A DNA stretch of 62,697 bases from Candidatus Yanofskybacteria bacterium (GCA_943359335.1 CALRHC010000003.1:1-62697); one strand, 5' to 3'; counted from the first letter of the stretch, positions 28,322 through 37,607 are shown. Notes: generated from the letters alone by a model not told the origin. Made by a program: numbers and translations.

Positions 28322-29050
28322 TTATTTAAATTTATTGATTAAATTTTCTTCTAAATCAATCGAAGCCCTATAGCCCGAATCTAGAATAAGGGTTGATATT
28401 TTTTTATCATAACCAAAAATTATTGCGAGACCAATCAAAAGAAATATTATCCCCATGATTTTTTTGTAAAAATTTATGTTTTTTATATTCTCTCCTAATT
28501 TATTTACTAAAGTTGAACCTAAATATGCAATTAAATATAACGAAATTGACAAACCGATTACGAATCCTAGTAAGTAAAAAATTCCTAAAGATATTTTGGA
28601 TGGTAAAACAGTAGCTAAAATGAATAGGTAAGTAGGACTGCATGTTGTAAAAATAGGACCGAGAGATAACCCTATCATTATATTTCCTACAAGGTTATTC
28701 TTTGTATAACCAGTTCCTAAAAACTTGTTTGAAGATTGGTTAACTTTATTTACTAAATAAAAATTATTCCATACATTTGGAAACATGGTAATTAAACCCA
28801 ATAAGACTACTATAGTTCCAGAAAATATTTGCCAAAATCTTTCTGGGATGTTAAGAAAAAAAGTTCCAGATTTTATAATTAACGTAAATAAAACAATAGA
28901 AATACAAAGAGAAATAATTATAGCATTACTTCTTTTAGAAACTTTAGTACTGTCACTATTAGAATTTATAACCATTGGCAACAAAGGAAGAATACATGGA
29001 GCCAAAACAGTTAATATACCAGCAAAAATAGAAATTAAGAAAAAAATCAT
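28322..29050 (-). CDS. CcdA/DsbD-type disulfide-exchange membrane protein
   Basis: GILTVLAPCILPLLP and FTTCSP cysteine motifs; probable ATG at 29050. Confidence 0.88.
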   Translation of the reverse strand: MIFFLISIFAGILTVLAPCILPLLPMVINSNSDSTKVSKRSNAIIISLCISIVLFTLIIKSGTFFLNIPERFWQIFSGTIVVLLGLITMFPNVWNNFYLVNKVNQSSNKFLGTGYTKNNLVGNIMIGLSLGPIFTTCSPTYLFILATVLPSKISLGIFYLLGFVIGLSISLYLIAYLGSTLVNKLGENIKNINFYKKIMGIIFLLIGLAIIFGYDKKISTLILDSGYRASIDLEENLINKFK

Positions 29051-29054
29051 TAAA

Positions 29055-29498
29055 TTATAATTGTGAAATAATGGTATCAATAGTTAGTCCTCCACTCCAT
29101 TTTTTTATAATATTACCATTACTATCAACAACAACTAATGTATGTTGTATGGTAACATTGTATTTCTTTTTTAACTCCGATTCTTTATCGTAATCCACCT
29201 TTAAAATAACAACATCATCTGGAATTTTGGTTAAATTTTTATTTATATTTTTATCTAAAGCTCGACAAGTTGGGCACCATCCTGCATGAAAAAATAAAAT
29301 AATCTTTTTATTTTCCGATAAAGATATTTTCTCTGGTAGATATACTTCATAACTACCTACGTTTTTTAAGTTGCTTAATTCTAGTGCACTGGTTGTTGAT
29401 GGTATAGATTTATTATTTTCAGAATTTTTTGAAAAAAATAAATACCAACAACTAGTTAATAAAATTGCTAATAACGTAATTAATAATGTTTTTTTCAT
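29055..29498 (-). CDS. Membrane-anchored thioredoxin-family protein
   Basis: HAGWCPTC; adjacent to the CcdA-like gene. Confidence 0.9.
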   Translation of the reverse strand: MKKTLLITLLAILLTSCWYLFFSKNSENNKSIPSTTSALELSNLKNVGSYEVYLPEKISLSENKKIILFFHAGWCPTCRALDKNINKNLTKIPDDVVILKVDYDKESELKKKYNVTIQHTLVVVDSNGNIIKKWSGGLTIDTIISQL

Positions 29499-29512
29499 AT
29501 ATTTTACTTTTA

Positions 29513-30202
29513 TTATTTTTTACACTCACCTGCTACGTGAGAATTTACTAATTGGTTTTTACAAGCTTCGCACGAACTAGAAAAAGTTTCTTTAATTGGG
29601 TTACATGGCGCTTTTATGCACTGTATTTGAACTTCTGCGCAAACAGGAGCATAAACTTGCGCACAAAATTCTGCACCTCGCTGTTCTTTGGTGCATAAAG
29701 TTGGGTTCACGGCAATAATTGGTTTTTCCACTGTAACTAGTTTATTATTTTCTACTTTAAAATATTTAGAAACGCCAAGCGAGGGTCTAGTAGTCATGGG
29801 TTCACTAGGGTATCTGTCGGCGTAGTTTACAATAATTTCGCTGTTTCTATATTCAGTTGTTTGCGGAGCAATTCTATCGCCAATAAAAATTGTATTTGCA
29901 CCTTCGTAACCGCCGTCTTTACCTAAGGCTAAAGCAATATAATAAAATGTTCCGTTGTCGCCTGTTTGGGAAGTTAAAAGAAAAGCTATATCTTCTACGC
30001 CATCGGCATTAAAATCTGCTTTAATTTCGTTACCAAAATATTTAGTAGTTGAACCTAATTTTATTTGCTCGTTTTCTAAAGTATAAGTTGCGTCTTTATA
30101 AGAAATTGGCGTTGGCTGATTTTTTGTAAGCGAATTTTTATGCCAAAATGCGCCGATTGTAAAAACAATAGCTACACCAATAAGGATATAGATTTTTTTC
30201 AT
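29513..30202 (-). CDS. Exported protein with C-terminal Kazal-like Cys-rich domain
   Basis: Probable start MKKIYILIG at 30202; CAQVYAPVC...CIKAPC...TFSSSCEAC. Confidence 0.7.
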   Translation of the reverse strand: MKKIYILIGVAIVFTIGAFWHKNSLTKNQPTPISYKDATYTLENEQIKLGSTTKYFGNEIKADFNADGVEDIAFLLTSQTGDNGTFYYIALALGKDGGYEGANTIFIGDRIAPQTTEYRNSEIIVNYADRYPSEPMTTRPSLGVSKYFKVENNKLVTVEKPIIAVNPTLCTKEQRGAEFCAQVYAPVCAEVQIQCIKAPCNPIKETFSSSCEACKNQLVNSHVAGECKK

Positions 30203-30227
30203 TATGTTTATATTATATCTTTTATAA

Positions 30228-30259
30228 ATAAAAACGCCCAGCAGGTTCGCTGGGTCGTT
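30228..30259 (-). terminator. Intrinsic terminator
   Basis: CCCAGC/GCTGGG stem 30237-30254 plus T run on the minus strand. Confidence 0.6.
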
Positions 30260-30269
30260 AGATAAGGGA

Positions 30270-30494
30270 TTAGTCGGCCCATGTCGCCATGAGTTTTCCG
30301 CAGTAGCAGTAATAGCCGTGAATTCTTTCGTCGTAATGCGAATGATCGCAAGTTTCCTTAGGCAAATCATCTACAGATATGAGTCTGCCATTCATGATTG
30401 CCAGTTTTGGACGCTGTCCTTGTCCTAAATCTATTAATGTTACACCAGGAATTTGTGGTATATCGTCAAATGCAATTCCATCTCTGTTTTTCAT
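30270..30494 (-). CDS. Orphan 74-aa protein with Cys/His-rich C-terminus
   Basis: GAGGAG SD, own promoter and terminator; CDHSH...H..YCYC. Confidence 0.7.
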   Translation of the reverse strand: MKNRDGIAFDDIPQIPGVTLIDLGQGQRPKLAIMNGRLISVDDLPKETCDHSHYDERIHGYYCYCGKLMATWAD

Positions 30495-30541
30495 TATGTT
30501 TTCTCCTCTTTTGGTCTCTTATTAAGAAAGGACTGAAGGAT

Positions 30542-30570
30542 ATAATATAACCGACAAACTTTTACGTCAA
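30542..30570 (-). promoter_or_regulatory. Sigma70-like promoter
   Basis: TTGACG-17bp-TATTAT. Confidence 0.7.
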
Positions 30571-30573
30571 ATA

Positions 30574-30608
30574 AAAAATCCCCCCGACGCAAGGTCGGGG
30601 GGATTTTT
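30574..30608. terminator. Strong (bidirectional-type) intrinsic terminator
   Basis: AAAAATCCCCCCGAC-GCAAG-GTCGGGGGGATTTTT, 15-bp inverted repeat. Confidence 0.85.
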
Positions 30609-30613
30609 AGTAG

Positions 30614-30694
30614 CTAACGTTGTCTTCTTTTTTTATCTTTACCTTTCTTAAATTTCTTTTTTCCTTTTACTTCACCTTTTTTCTTTTTTGCCAT
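30614..30694 (-). CDS. 26-aa extremely basic peptide
   Basis: MAKKKKGEVKGKKKFKKGKDKKRRQR; stop lies 6 nt before the terminator; upstream TATAAT. Confidence 0.55.
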   Translation of the reverse strand: MAKKKKGEVKGKKKFKKGKDKKRRQR

Positions 30695-30765
30695 TTAAAT
30701 TAATAGAAACGTTATTAATAGTAAGCTAGTATGTTCGCCTTTAATCCATTATGCCTTAATTATAA

Positions 30766-30812
30766 CACTTCGTTCTACTGAACTCAGTACTTCGTCACCT
30801 CCGTTCCTCAGC
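30766..30812. repeat. Two tandem ACTTCG-N-CTCAG REP-like units overlapping the GIY-YIG 3' end
   Basis: CACTTCG 30766..CTCAG 30783; ACTTCG 30789..CTCAG 30807; same motif at 58768-58812. Confidence 0.5.
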
Positions 30813-31046
30813 ACTAATCAAAGATAACTTTTTTAACCTAGACCAGCCTTTTATTTCAGCTTCTCTTTTAGAAGCTAAAGATCTATTTTTTTGTTTTTCT
30901 TTATAAATAACTCTTAAAACTTTTCTGGCTCTGGTATAACTTCCACCCTTTCCAGCTTTGTGTTCTGCAAACCGCCTCTCTACATTTGTAGTTATTCCTG
31001 TATAGAGCGATCCATCTTTGCATTTAATTATATAAACAAAATACAT
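30795..31046 (-). CDS. Stand-alone GIY-YIG nuclease
   Basis: YFVYIIKCKDGSLYTGITTNVERRFAEH...KREAEIK. Confidence 0.92.
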   Translation of the reverse strand: MYFVYIIKCKDGSLYTGITTNVERRFAEHKAGKGGSYTRARKVLRVIYKEKQKNRSLASKREAEIKGWSRLKKLSLISAEERR

Positions 31047-31055
31047 TAGGCGAGC

Positions 31056-31850
31056 CTATTCGAGCTTTTTTGTTTCGTTTTTAAAACCAGTAAAGGATTT
31101 TAAAATTTCTAAAGGCACAGTAAACACTACAGTGTTAGATTGATCAGAAGAAATATCGTTAATAGATTGCAATGTGCGTAAATGCAAAGCGCCGTCTACC
31201 GCGCCTAAAATTTTAGCGGCTTCGGCCATATTTTGGGCGGCGGCAAGTTCACCTTCGGAATTTATTATGACTGCTCTTTTTTCGCGTTCGGCTTCGGCTT
31301 GTTTGCCAATGGTTCGTTCCATATCGGCGTGCAAGCTAATATCTTTTAGTTCTACATTATTTACTTTCAAGCCCCAAGCAGTGGTTTCGGTGTCTACAAT
31401 TTCTTTGATTCTATCGGCTAGTTTTTCGCGGTGTGCCAAAAGTTCGTCTAAAGAAACTTCGCCCACAATGTTTCGCATAGTGGTTTGAGCATACTGGGAA
31501 ATAGCGTAACGAAAATCTTCAACTTCTATAATAGCTTTTTCGGCTGATTGGACTTTGTAATATATAACCGCGTTTACTGTTACCGAAACATTATCGCGGG
31601 TGATAGCTTTTTGATCTGGCACATCTACGGCTTTTACACGCATATCTACCTTATGGTAGCTCTGGAAAATTGGAATAACAATTCGCCAACCCGGTTCTAT
31701 AATTTGGCTAAACCGCCCCATAGTAAATTTAACTCCACGTTCGTACTGGTTTATCTGCTTAAGACAGGCTACTAAAATGGCAAAAACAATCGCCCCAATA
31801 ATTACGTATATCATAACTGGAAGCATACTCTCTGTAAGGGTAGATAGCAA
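31056..31850 (-). CDS. SPFH/band 7 (stomatin-like) protein
   Basis: QYERGVKF, AITRDNVSV, AQTTMRNIVG, QAEAEREKRA. Confidence 0.93.
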   Translation of the reverse strand: MLSTLTESMLPVMIYVIIGAIVFAILVACLKQINQYERGVKFTMGRFSQIIEPGWRIVIPIFQSYHKVDMRVKAVDVPDQKAITRDNVSVTVNAVIYYKVQSAEKAIIEVEDFRYAISQYAQTTMRNIVGEVSLDELLAHREKLADRIKEIVDTETTAWGLKVNNVELKDISLHADMERTIGKQAEAEREKRAVIINSEGELAAAQNMAEAAKILGAVDGALHLRTLQSINDISSDQSNTVVFTVPLEILKSFTGFKNETKKLE

Positions 31851-32165
31851 CTATCTAGAGGCGATGGCTTTGAGTTCTACTTTGGCGTTAAGAGGTAAAG
31901 ATTTTACTGTAACTGTGGTGCGGGTTGGGTAGGGTTCGGTAAATTGTTTAGCGTAAACTTGGTTAACCAAAAACGCAGTAACGTCTATAACATTTTCTAA
32001 ACCTAAACCGTTTTGTTTTAGAATTTCGGCAATGTTGGCGACAGCTTGAATAACTTGGTCTTCTAAACTTTCGGAAACCAATTTCCCCTCTTTCTGCCCT
32101 ACCTGCCCAGAAATAAAAATTAAATCTCCTACTTGTTTAAATTGGCTTAATGGAAAGTTAGGCAT
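31851..32165 (-). CDS. RidA/YjgF-family protein
   Basis: FISGQVG, YPTRTTVTVKSLPLNAKVE. Confidence 0.85.
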   Translation of the reverse strand: MPNFPLSQFKQVGDLIFISGQVGQKEGKLVSESLEDQVIQAVANIAEILKQNGLGLENVIDVTAFLVNQVYAKQFTEPYPTRTTVTVKSLPLNAKVELKAIASR

Positions 32166-32174
32166 TTTTTTAAA

Positions 32175-32318
32175 TTAATCATCGTTGTTTTTGTCTGGAA
32201 ACATTTCATTCAGTTTTTCTTTTATTTCGTATAAACTATTTGCAATTCCATTAATAATCTGGAAAACTGCTATTCCTAAAAGGATTATTGTCACTAATAA
32301 AAAATAAATTATCGTCAT
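32175..32318 (-). CDS. 47-aa single-TM protein (below the ORF-track cutoff)
   Basis: MTIIYFLLVTIILLGIAVFQIINGIANSLYEIKEKLNEMFPDKNNDD. Confidence 0.5.
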   Translation of the reverse strand: MTIIYFLLVTIILLGIAVFQIINGIANSLYEIKEKLNEMFPDKNNDD

Positions 32319-32349
32319 TTTGTTGTAGACTTTTTATTAAAGTTTTGAA

Positions 32350-32568
32350 TTATTTAAGTAGGTCAATCAATTTATTATTTACCTTATACTGTAAGCCTTC
32401 TTTCTCAGGGTCAGGAACAAGTATATGTGAATCTTTGATAACATCGCTTACAGTATTATTATATTTTCTGACATTAAGGAGATCTTCTGTTAATTTTTTA
32501 ACTTCTAAATGTAGAATCAAAATCCAAATAAATAGAATCCCAATAATAAATAAACTTATTATGATCAT
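32350..32568 (-). CDS. Small single-TM hypothetical protein
   Basis: 72 aa, hydrophobic N-terminus, co-oriented with neighbours. Confidence 0.6.
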   Translation of the reverse strand: MIIISLFIIGILFIWILILHLEVKKLTEDLLNVRKYNNTVSDVIKDSHILVPDPEKEGLQYKVNNKLIDLLK

Positions 32569-32606
32569 AGTAAATATTTATAAAATTATTTTTTTAACAA
32601 TTACCT

Positions 32607-32816
32607 TTATTTTATGGTAGCCTTAAATAATTTTTTAATACCCATATAAACTCCCCTTAAAAAATAAAAGATTCCAAAAACGTACAAAATTATAGTCAGA
32701 GGAAGAAACACAGGAATACTGTATTTTGAGATTTGAAACCCAAAAATTGAAAGTAAAATACCTAAAACAATATATTCATACCATGATTTATTAAAATTTA
32801 ATCTAAAATTTTTCAT
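32607..32816 (-). CDS. Small 2-TM hypothetical protein
   Basis: 69 aa, two hydrophobic segments. Confidence 0.6.
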   Translation of the reverse strand: MKNFRLNFNKSWYEYIVLGILLSIFGFQISKYSIPVFLPLTIILYVFGIFYFLRGVYMGIKKLFKATIK

Positions 32817-32838
32817 ACAATATAGAGATTTATTGATT

Positions 32839-33366
32839 TTATATCTCTTTCTTCTCTTTTAAGAATTTTTCTATTCCGTTAATAAAATTTTCTAGATAGG
32901 GTTCAATTACAAAAACTTTCTTAATATTTTGCTTATGTAAAAGTAATCCCTTGGTTGTATCAACACCCATCTTTTTAAAGTCATTAATTGAGCTTGGTTC
33001 ATAAAATACAAAAACTCCTGTCTCAGGGCCACGGATTGAATATTGATGACATAGGCCGTGTCTAAATGATTCATAGATGTCTGGGAAGTCCTCTAAGATT
33101 TTATTATAACTCATATAAGAACCTAAGAAAGTATTGAAACATTTTTTTTTATTTAAACTTTCTTTTTTAACGTTAGGATTATTAAAACTTAAAATTTCTC
33201 TTCCTATAATTTCTGTATAACAAATCAATCCTAAAGCAACAAGGTAGCTACCTTGAGGTCGCCCTTTTTCATAATACATACCGCCAATCAAGTCTTTTAC
33301 CATCCACGAATAAGGTTTGGGCCAATCGAAACATTTCTTATATTTATTTTTTAATAGTTTATTCAA
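32839..33366 (-). CDS. Hypothetical protein with HEPN-like RxxxxH motif
   Basis: LVALGLICYTE helix and YESFRHGLCHQY. Confidence 0.6.
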   Translation of the reverse strand: MNKLLKNKYKKCFDWPKPYSWMVKDLIGGMYYEKGRPQGSYLVALGLICYTEIIGREILSFNNPNVKKESLNKKKCFNTFLGSYMSYNKILEDFPDIYESFRHGLCHQYSIRGPETGVFVFYEPSSINDFKKMGVDTTKGLLLHKQNIKKVFVIEPYLENFINGIEKFLKEKKEI

Positions 33367-33377
33367 TATTTATAAGA

Positions 33378-34019
33378 TTAAAGTTGTGCTATTTTTTTTA
33401 ACTCAGAGAGAATTGTGGAATGATAAATTGTTTCCACACGTTGACTTATGAGATCAAGGCGTCCTTTCCATGGAGCTGGCATTATGAATTGCATGACTTT
33501 ATTAGTTGGGTTTTGACCTGTTATGGTTACCCCTGACTCCTGAATAATATTTTTTTGAATTGAACTACTGATTTCTCCTTGAAATGTTAAATTTGAAATA
33601 TCTTTAATTAATCCATCGAGATATTCTCCCGTAGAATAGAGATCGCTAATTTTATCTAATTCATCATTATCTAAATCTCCTACAAAATAATGGATATTTT
33701 TATTCCAACTGTTTGTTGCAATAATTTTCTTAGCAAATTGATAAGCACCTTGTTCTTTATATATTCTAATTATAGATTCAGCTCTTCTGATTTCTTGTAG
33801 TATGAGTCTAGCGGCATCCCGCTTGTTATCAAACCTTTGTTGAGTATAAATATAAAAAGCCAGCCCCCCAGTAATAAATGTTATTGAGGCAAAGAAAAAA
33901 TTTGATTTTGCAAAATCTGGATATTCTTTATAAATAAACCAACTAAAAATAATATAGAAAACTACTATTAGAATATATGGATTAACAGCTCTTCTTATTT
34001 TTAGATTAAAATTTTTCAT
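33378..34019 (-). CDS. Hypothetical membrane protein (2 N-terminal TM helices + helical domain)
   Basis: 213 aa; start overlaps the ClpP-like stop (ATGA). Confidence 0.7.
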   Translation of the reverse strand: MKNFNLKIRRAVNPYILIVVFYIIFSWFIYKEYPDFAKSNFFFASITFITGGLAFYIYTQQRFDNKRDAARLILQEIRRAESIIRIYKEQGAYQFAKKIIATNSWNKNIHYFVGDLDNDELDKISDLYSTGEYLDGLIKDISNLTFQGEISSSIQKNIIQESGVTITGQNPTNKVMQFIMPAPWKGRLDLISQRVETIYHSTILSELKKIAQL

Positions 34020-34576
34020 TGTTGCAACATTATTGTAACGACCTGAGAGTTTTCTGGAAATAACTCTGTTTTAATTTCTTGTACTAATCCCCAATCTTTG
34101 GCTTGTTCAGGATTTAGAGTTGTTCTATCTAGCATGGCTTGGGTCATTTCGTTTTCAGTTTTCCCTGTGTTAGCAGACATAATTTTAGCTATATTTTCTA
34201 TGTCTATTCTTATTCCCTTCAATCTCTCTTCTAATTGTGGTTCTTCTAAACTAAATTTACCTTCGAACTGCGCAGAGACGCCGTGTATCAAAAACCTTGC
34301 TTGAGGTGAAGAACAACGTATTTTTCCAGCGCAATAAATAACAACCCCTATTGAATCCACACTTCCAAAATTATGTGTAGTTAATTCTTCAACGGGAAGT
34401 CCTTTGAGATAGTTATAAATGCTTATACCATGAAAAACACTACCACCAGGTGTTGACAATAGTAAGATAATTTTTTTAATTCCACGATTCACAGCATCAT
34501 CAACAACACTCATTAGAGCGTTAGCTGTCTTATCAATTACTGGAGCAAAAAATTTTATAACAAGGGGTTGATCCAT
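34016..34576 (-). CDS. ClpP-like serine protease
   Basis: LSTPGGSVFHGISIYNYL, GSVDSIG (catalytic Ser), RFLIHG (His), LNPEQAKDWGLV. Confidence 0.88.
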   Translation of the reverse strand: MDQPLVIKFFAPVIDKTANALMSVVDDAVNRGIKKIILLLSTPGGSVFHGISIYNYLKGLPVEELTTHNFGSVDSIGVVIYCAGKIRCSSPQARFLIHGVSAQFEGKFSLEEPQLEERLKGIRIDIENIAKIMSANTGKTENEMTQAMLDRTTLNPEQAKDWGLVQEIKTELFPENSQVVTIMLQQ

Positions 34577-34618
34577 AAATACTATTTATCATGATACTTT
34601 AGATATTTGCAAGTTAAT

Positions 34619-35896
34619 TTAGCAACTGTTTCCCGCGACGTAGCCAGTTGTCCAGCAGAGTTGCAAGCTGTAGCCGCCGGAGGGGCGGTTTATGTTTAGC
34701 ATGTCGCCTATTAAATAAAGCTGGGGCAATATGCGCGATTGCATTGTTTTAAAATCTACTTCGTTTAATACTACTCCACCACTCGAAACCACCGCTTTAT
34801 CTTTACCTAATAAACCTTCTACGTTCAAAATAACATTTTTTAAAAGCAAAACAAGTGTTTTGCGTTCGGCTGTTTTTACACTATGGTTAAATGTTTCACC
34901 GTCTATGCCGGCAAGTTCTAAAATAGGTTCTACCATTGCTGGGGCTACAAGCATAGAAAGCACGTTTTTTATTTTCTTGTTGCTGTGTTCGGTTAAAATT
35001 GTTTGAAACTTTGTTTTTAAGGCAGAAGGGTCTAGGTTTGGAAAAAGATCTAACTTTATAATTACATCTGCATTTTCGGCGTAATCTGCGCCTTCGTCTG
35101 TGTTTAAAAGTTCGCCTACTTCCCTGCTCATATTTAAAACCGTAGGGCCACTTATTCCAACGTGCGTGAAAAGCATTTTACCTCTATGTGTGTTTTGTTT
35201 TTCTTGGCCTTTATAGATGATTAATTTAACATCGGCGAGAGTTATACCTGCCAATTTTTTTGCCCATTCGTTTTTTAATGTAATAGGCACAAGCGCTACA
35301 TCGTTTTCTATTACTGTGTGGCCTAAATCTTTAAACCATTTAAAACCTTCACCAGTTGAACCTGTTTCTGGGCGAGATGTTCCGCCAGTTGCCACAATAC
35401 ATTTATGCGCGTTTATTATTTTTTTATCGGCAAGAGTTATAGAAAACTGTTTTAAGGTTTCATCAAAAACTATTTTTGTAACTGCGGAATTTGTTTTAAC
35501 TTTTACCCCGCTATCTTTTAAATATTTAACCAAAACATCAAAAACAGTTTTGGCTTTGTTAGAAACTGGAAACATTCTGCCTTCGTTTTCTTCTTTCATT
35601 TCCATTCCACGTTGTTTAAAAAAGTTTATGGTTTCGGTTACACCAAACTGCGAAAAAGCCGAAAACAAAAATTTATCGCTTTCTTTATATTTAGCCAACA
35701 TTTGCCTAACAATAGGTTTGTTGTTTGTTACATTACACCTGCCACCGCCTGTAATTAAAAGTTTTTTACCCAGAGTTGGGTTTTTTTCTAGCAGTAAAAC
35801 ATTCTGGCCTTTTTCGGCGGCTCTACCCGCGGCTATCATACCCGCCGGCCCACCACCTATTACTACAACATCATAAATTGTCTGGTTAGAGTTCAT
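34619..35896 (-). CDS. HI0933/YhiN-family flavoprotein
   Basis: GGGPAG, KKLLITGGGRCNVTN, LFTHVGISGP, GGYSLQ. Confidence 0.93.
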   Translation of the reverse strand: MNSNQTIYDVVVIGGGPAGMIAAGRAAEKGQNVLLLEKNPTLGKKLLITGGGRCNVTNNKPIVRQMLAKYKESDKFLFSAFSQFGVTETINFFKQRGMEMKEENEGRMFPVSNKAKTVFDVLVKYLKDSGVKVKTNSAVTKIVFDETLKQFSITLADKKIINAHKCIVATGGTSRPETGSTGEGFKWFKDLGHTVIENDVALVPITLKNEWAKKLAGITLADVKLIIYKGQEKQNTHRGKMLFTHVGISGPTVLNMSREVGELLNTDEGADYAENADVIIKLDLFPNLDPSALKTKFQTILTEHSNKKIKNVLSMLVAPAMVEPILELAGIDGETFNHSVKTAERKTLVLLLKNVILNVEGLLGKDKAVVSSGGVVLNEVDFKTMQSRILPQLYLIGDMLNINRPSGGYSLQLCWTTGYVAGNSC

Positions 35897-35902
35897 TATT
35901 TT

Positions 35903-35947
35903 TCTATCGAAGTCTCACCGAGCTTAGCTCGGCTTTGCTTCAATATA
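35903..35947. repeat. Degenerate TCTATCGAAGT palindrome with nested CCGAGC-TTA-GCTCGG hairpin
   Basis: Left arm identical to 56345-56355; nested stem 35918-35932. Confidence 0.5.
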
Positions 35948-35962
35948 TCAGAGCACATCTAG

Positions 35963-35996
35963 AACACCCTTACAAACTTGAGATTGTTGGGGTGTT
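35963..35996. terminator. Hairpin after the ABC-F gene
   Basis: AACACCC 35963-35969 / GGGTGTT 35990-35996; shares CTTACAAACTTG with the inverted motif near 25420. Confidence 0.4.
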
Positions 35997-37449
35997 ATTG
36001 TTCTAAATCTAAAGTTTCGTCGATGCGGATTTGAGCCACGAATTCGGGAACGTGGCTAACTAAAATCATTGCGCCTTCGTATTGGTCTAAGGCTTTAGCA
36101 ATTATAGGAATGTGCCGAAAGTTTATGTGGTTGGTAGGTTCGTCTAGAATAAGCAAACCTGGGCGTTCTAAAACTAATCGAGCAAATGCCACTAAACCTT
36201 TTTGCCCTTCGGAAAGCGTACCAATTTTGCTATGCATATGTTCTTTGGTAATTAAAAAACCAGCTGCAATGGAACGAAGTTCTTCTTGGCTAGTTTCGTG
36301 TGTAGTTACTGCAGAGAGTGATTCGTAAACTGTGTCGTTAAAATTAAGTGTAGAAAAATCTTGCCTGTAATAACCTACTTTTACACCGCTCGCAATTTTT
36401 GCGCCTTTGGCTTGGCCCGAAGCTAAACGTTCTAGTAATGTGCTTTTGCCAATTCCGTTTGGGCCTTTTAAAAGTAAATGCATTTTTTTCTTTAAAGATA
36501 TTTCTACTTTCTTTTCTACAACCTTGTGGTTAACCATTACACCAAGCGAAGTTATAGCAAGCGCTTCGCCCACAAAATCTGTTTGGTTAGGAATAGTAAA
36601 AGGCCGAATGGTTTTATCTTCTTTTCTTACATCTACCATTTCGTCTTCCATTTCGGCGGCTTTTTCGCGCATGCGTTTAGCTACCGCACGCAATTGCCCA
36701 CCTTTGTTGGCAAAAAAGTTAGATTTATCTTTATTTTCTTGAATCTGTTTGGCTAACTGTGCGTTTTTTCTGTTTTCTTTTTCTATGCGGGCGGTAATAT
36801 CTTTTAATACATCGTTATAATTACCTACATACCATTCTAATTTTTGAGTATGAACATCTAGATACAAAACGCCTTCGGTAAAGGAATTTAAAAAATCGGC
36901 ATCGTGCGAAATAACGATACAAGTTTTTTGGTAATTAATTAAAAATTTTGTTAAGTGTTCTATGCCGTGTTTGTCTAAATTGTTGGTAGGTTCGTCTAGT
37001 AAAAGTAAGTCTGGATTTTGAATAAGTGCAAAAGCTAAAAGAAGCCGAGCCTGCTGGCCACCGGAAAGTGTTTTAATTATTTTGTCGTGCTTGGCTACAA
37101 GGTTAACGGCTTCTAAAACCTCGTCTATTTTTGGGTCTATGTCGTAAACTTTTTTGGCAAATGCTTTAGCAAAAAATTCGCTTACGGTTAAATCAAGTTC
37201 GTTTTGCGGAATAACTTGGCGTGCAATAGCAATAGAAACACCTTGGCCAATAACCACACTGCCACTTTCGGGTTTGTAGGCACCAGTAATTAAACCAAAT
37301 ATAGTGCTTTTACCCGCGCCGTTTTGACCCATTAAAGTTATTTTGGCTCCGCGGCGCACCGAAAAAGTCGCCTCGTCTAGAAGGCGCTTGCCGTATGAAT
37401 GTTCGAACGAAACCTCATCGAACCTTAGTATTACTTCATCTCGAGCCAT
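35995..37449 (-). CDS. ABC-F family ATPase
   Basis: Two NBDs (GQNGAGKS/LSGGQ/DEPTNNLD; GPNGIGKS/LSEGQ/DEPTNH), no TM domain. Confidence 0.93.
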   Translation of the reverse strand: MARDEVILRFDEVSFEHSYGKRLLDEATFSVRRGAKITLMGQNGAGKSTIFGLITGAYKPESGSVVIGQGVSIAIARQVIPQNELDLTVSEFFAKAFAKKVYDIDPKIDEVLEAVNLVAKHDKIIKTLSGGQQARLLLAFALIQNPDLLLLDEPTNNLDKHGIEHLTKFLINYQKTCIVISHDADFLNSFTEGVLYLDVHTQKLEWYVGNYNDVLKDITARIEKENRKNAQLAKQIQENKDKSNFFANKGGQLRAVAKRMREKAAEMEDEMVDVRKEDKTIRPFTIPNQTDFVGEALAITSLGVMVNHKVVEKKVEISLKKKMHLLLKGPNGIGKSTLLERLASGQAKGAKIASGVKVGYYRQDFSTLNFNDTVYESLSAVTTHETSQEELRSIAAGFLITKEHMHSKIGTLSEGQKGLVAFARLVLERPGLLILDEPTNHINFRHIPIIAKALDQYEGAMILVSHVPEFVAQIRIDETLDLEQ

Positions 37450-37534
37450 AGTGCTTTACAGAATAGCGTATTTATTAGGAAATAGAAAGTTTTTTTGAGT
37501 TTTTTGGCTTATTTTGCTAAGATTATATGAATAT

Positions 37535-37605
37535 TGCGGGATCGTCTAATGGTAGGACATCGCCCTTTGAAGGCGAGTATCTTGGTTCGAATCCAGGTCC
37601 CGCAG
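37535..37605 (+). tRNA. tRNA-Gln (UUG), CCA not encoded
   Basis: Acceptor TGCGGGA/TCCCGCA, anticodon arm TCGCC-CT-TTG-AA-GGCGA, T-loop TTCGAAT. Confidence 0.95.
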
Positions 37606-37607
37606 CT

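Noticed and set aside
30203-30370. 5' extension of ORF 29513-30370
   Set aside because: It overlaps the orphan 30270-30494 and its terminator; the signal-anchor start at 30202 fits better.
37527-37607. N-terminal extension of PyrD in the ORF track
   Set aside because: It runs through the tRNA-Gln gene; ATG 37608 is the plausible start.
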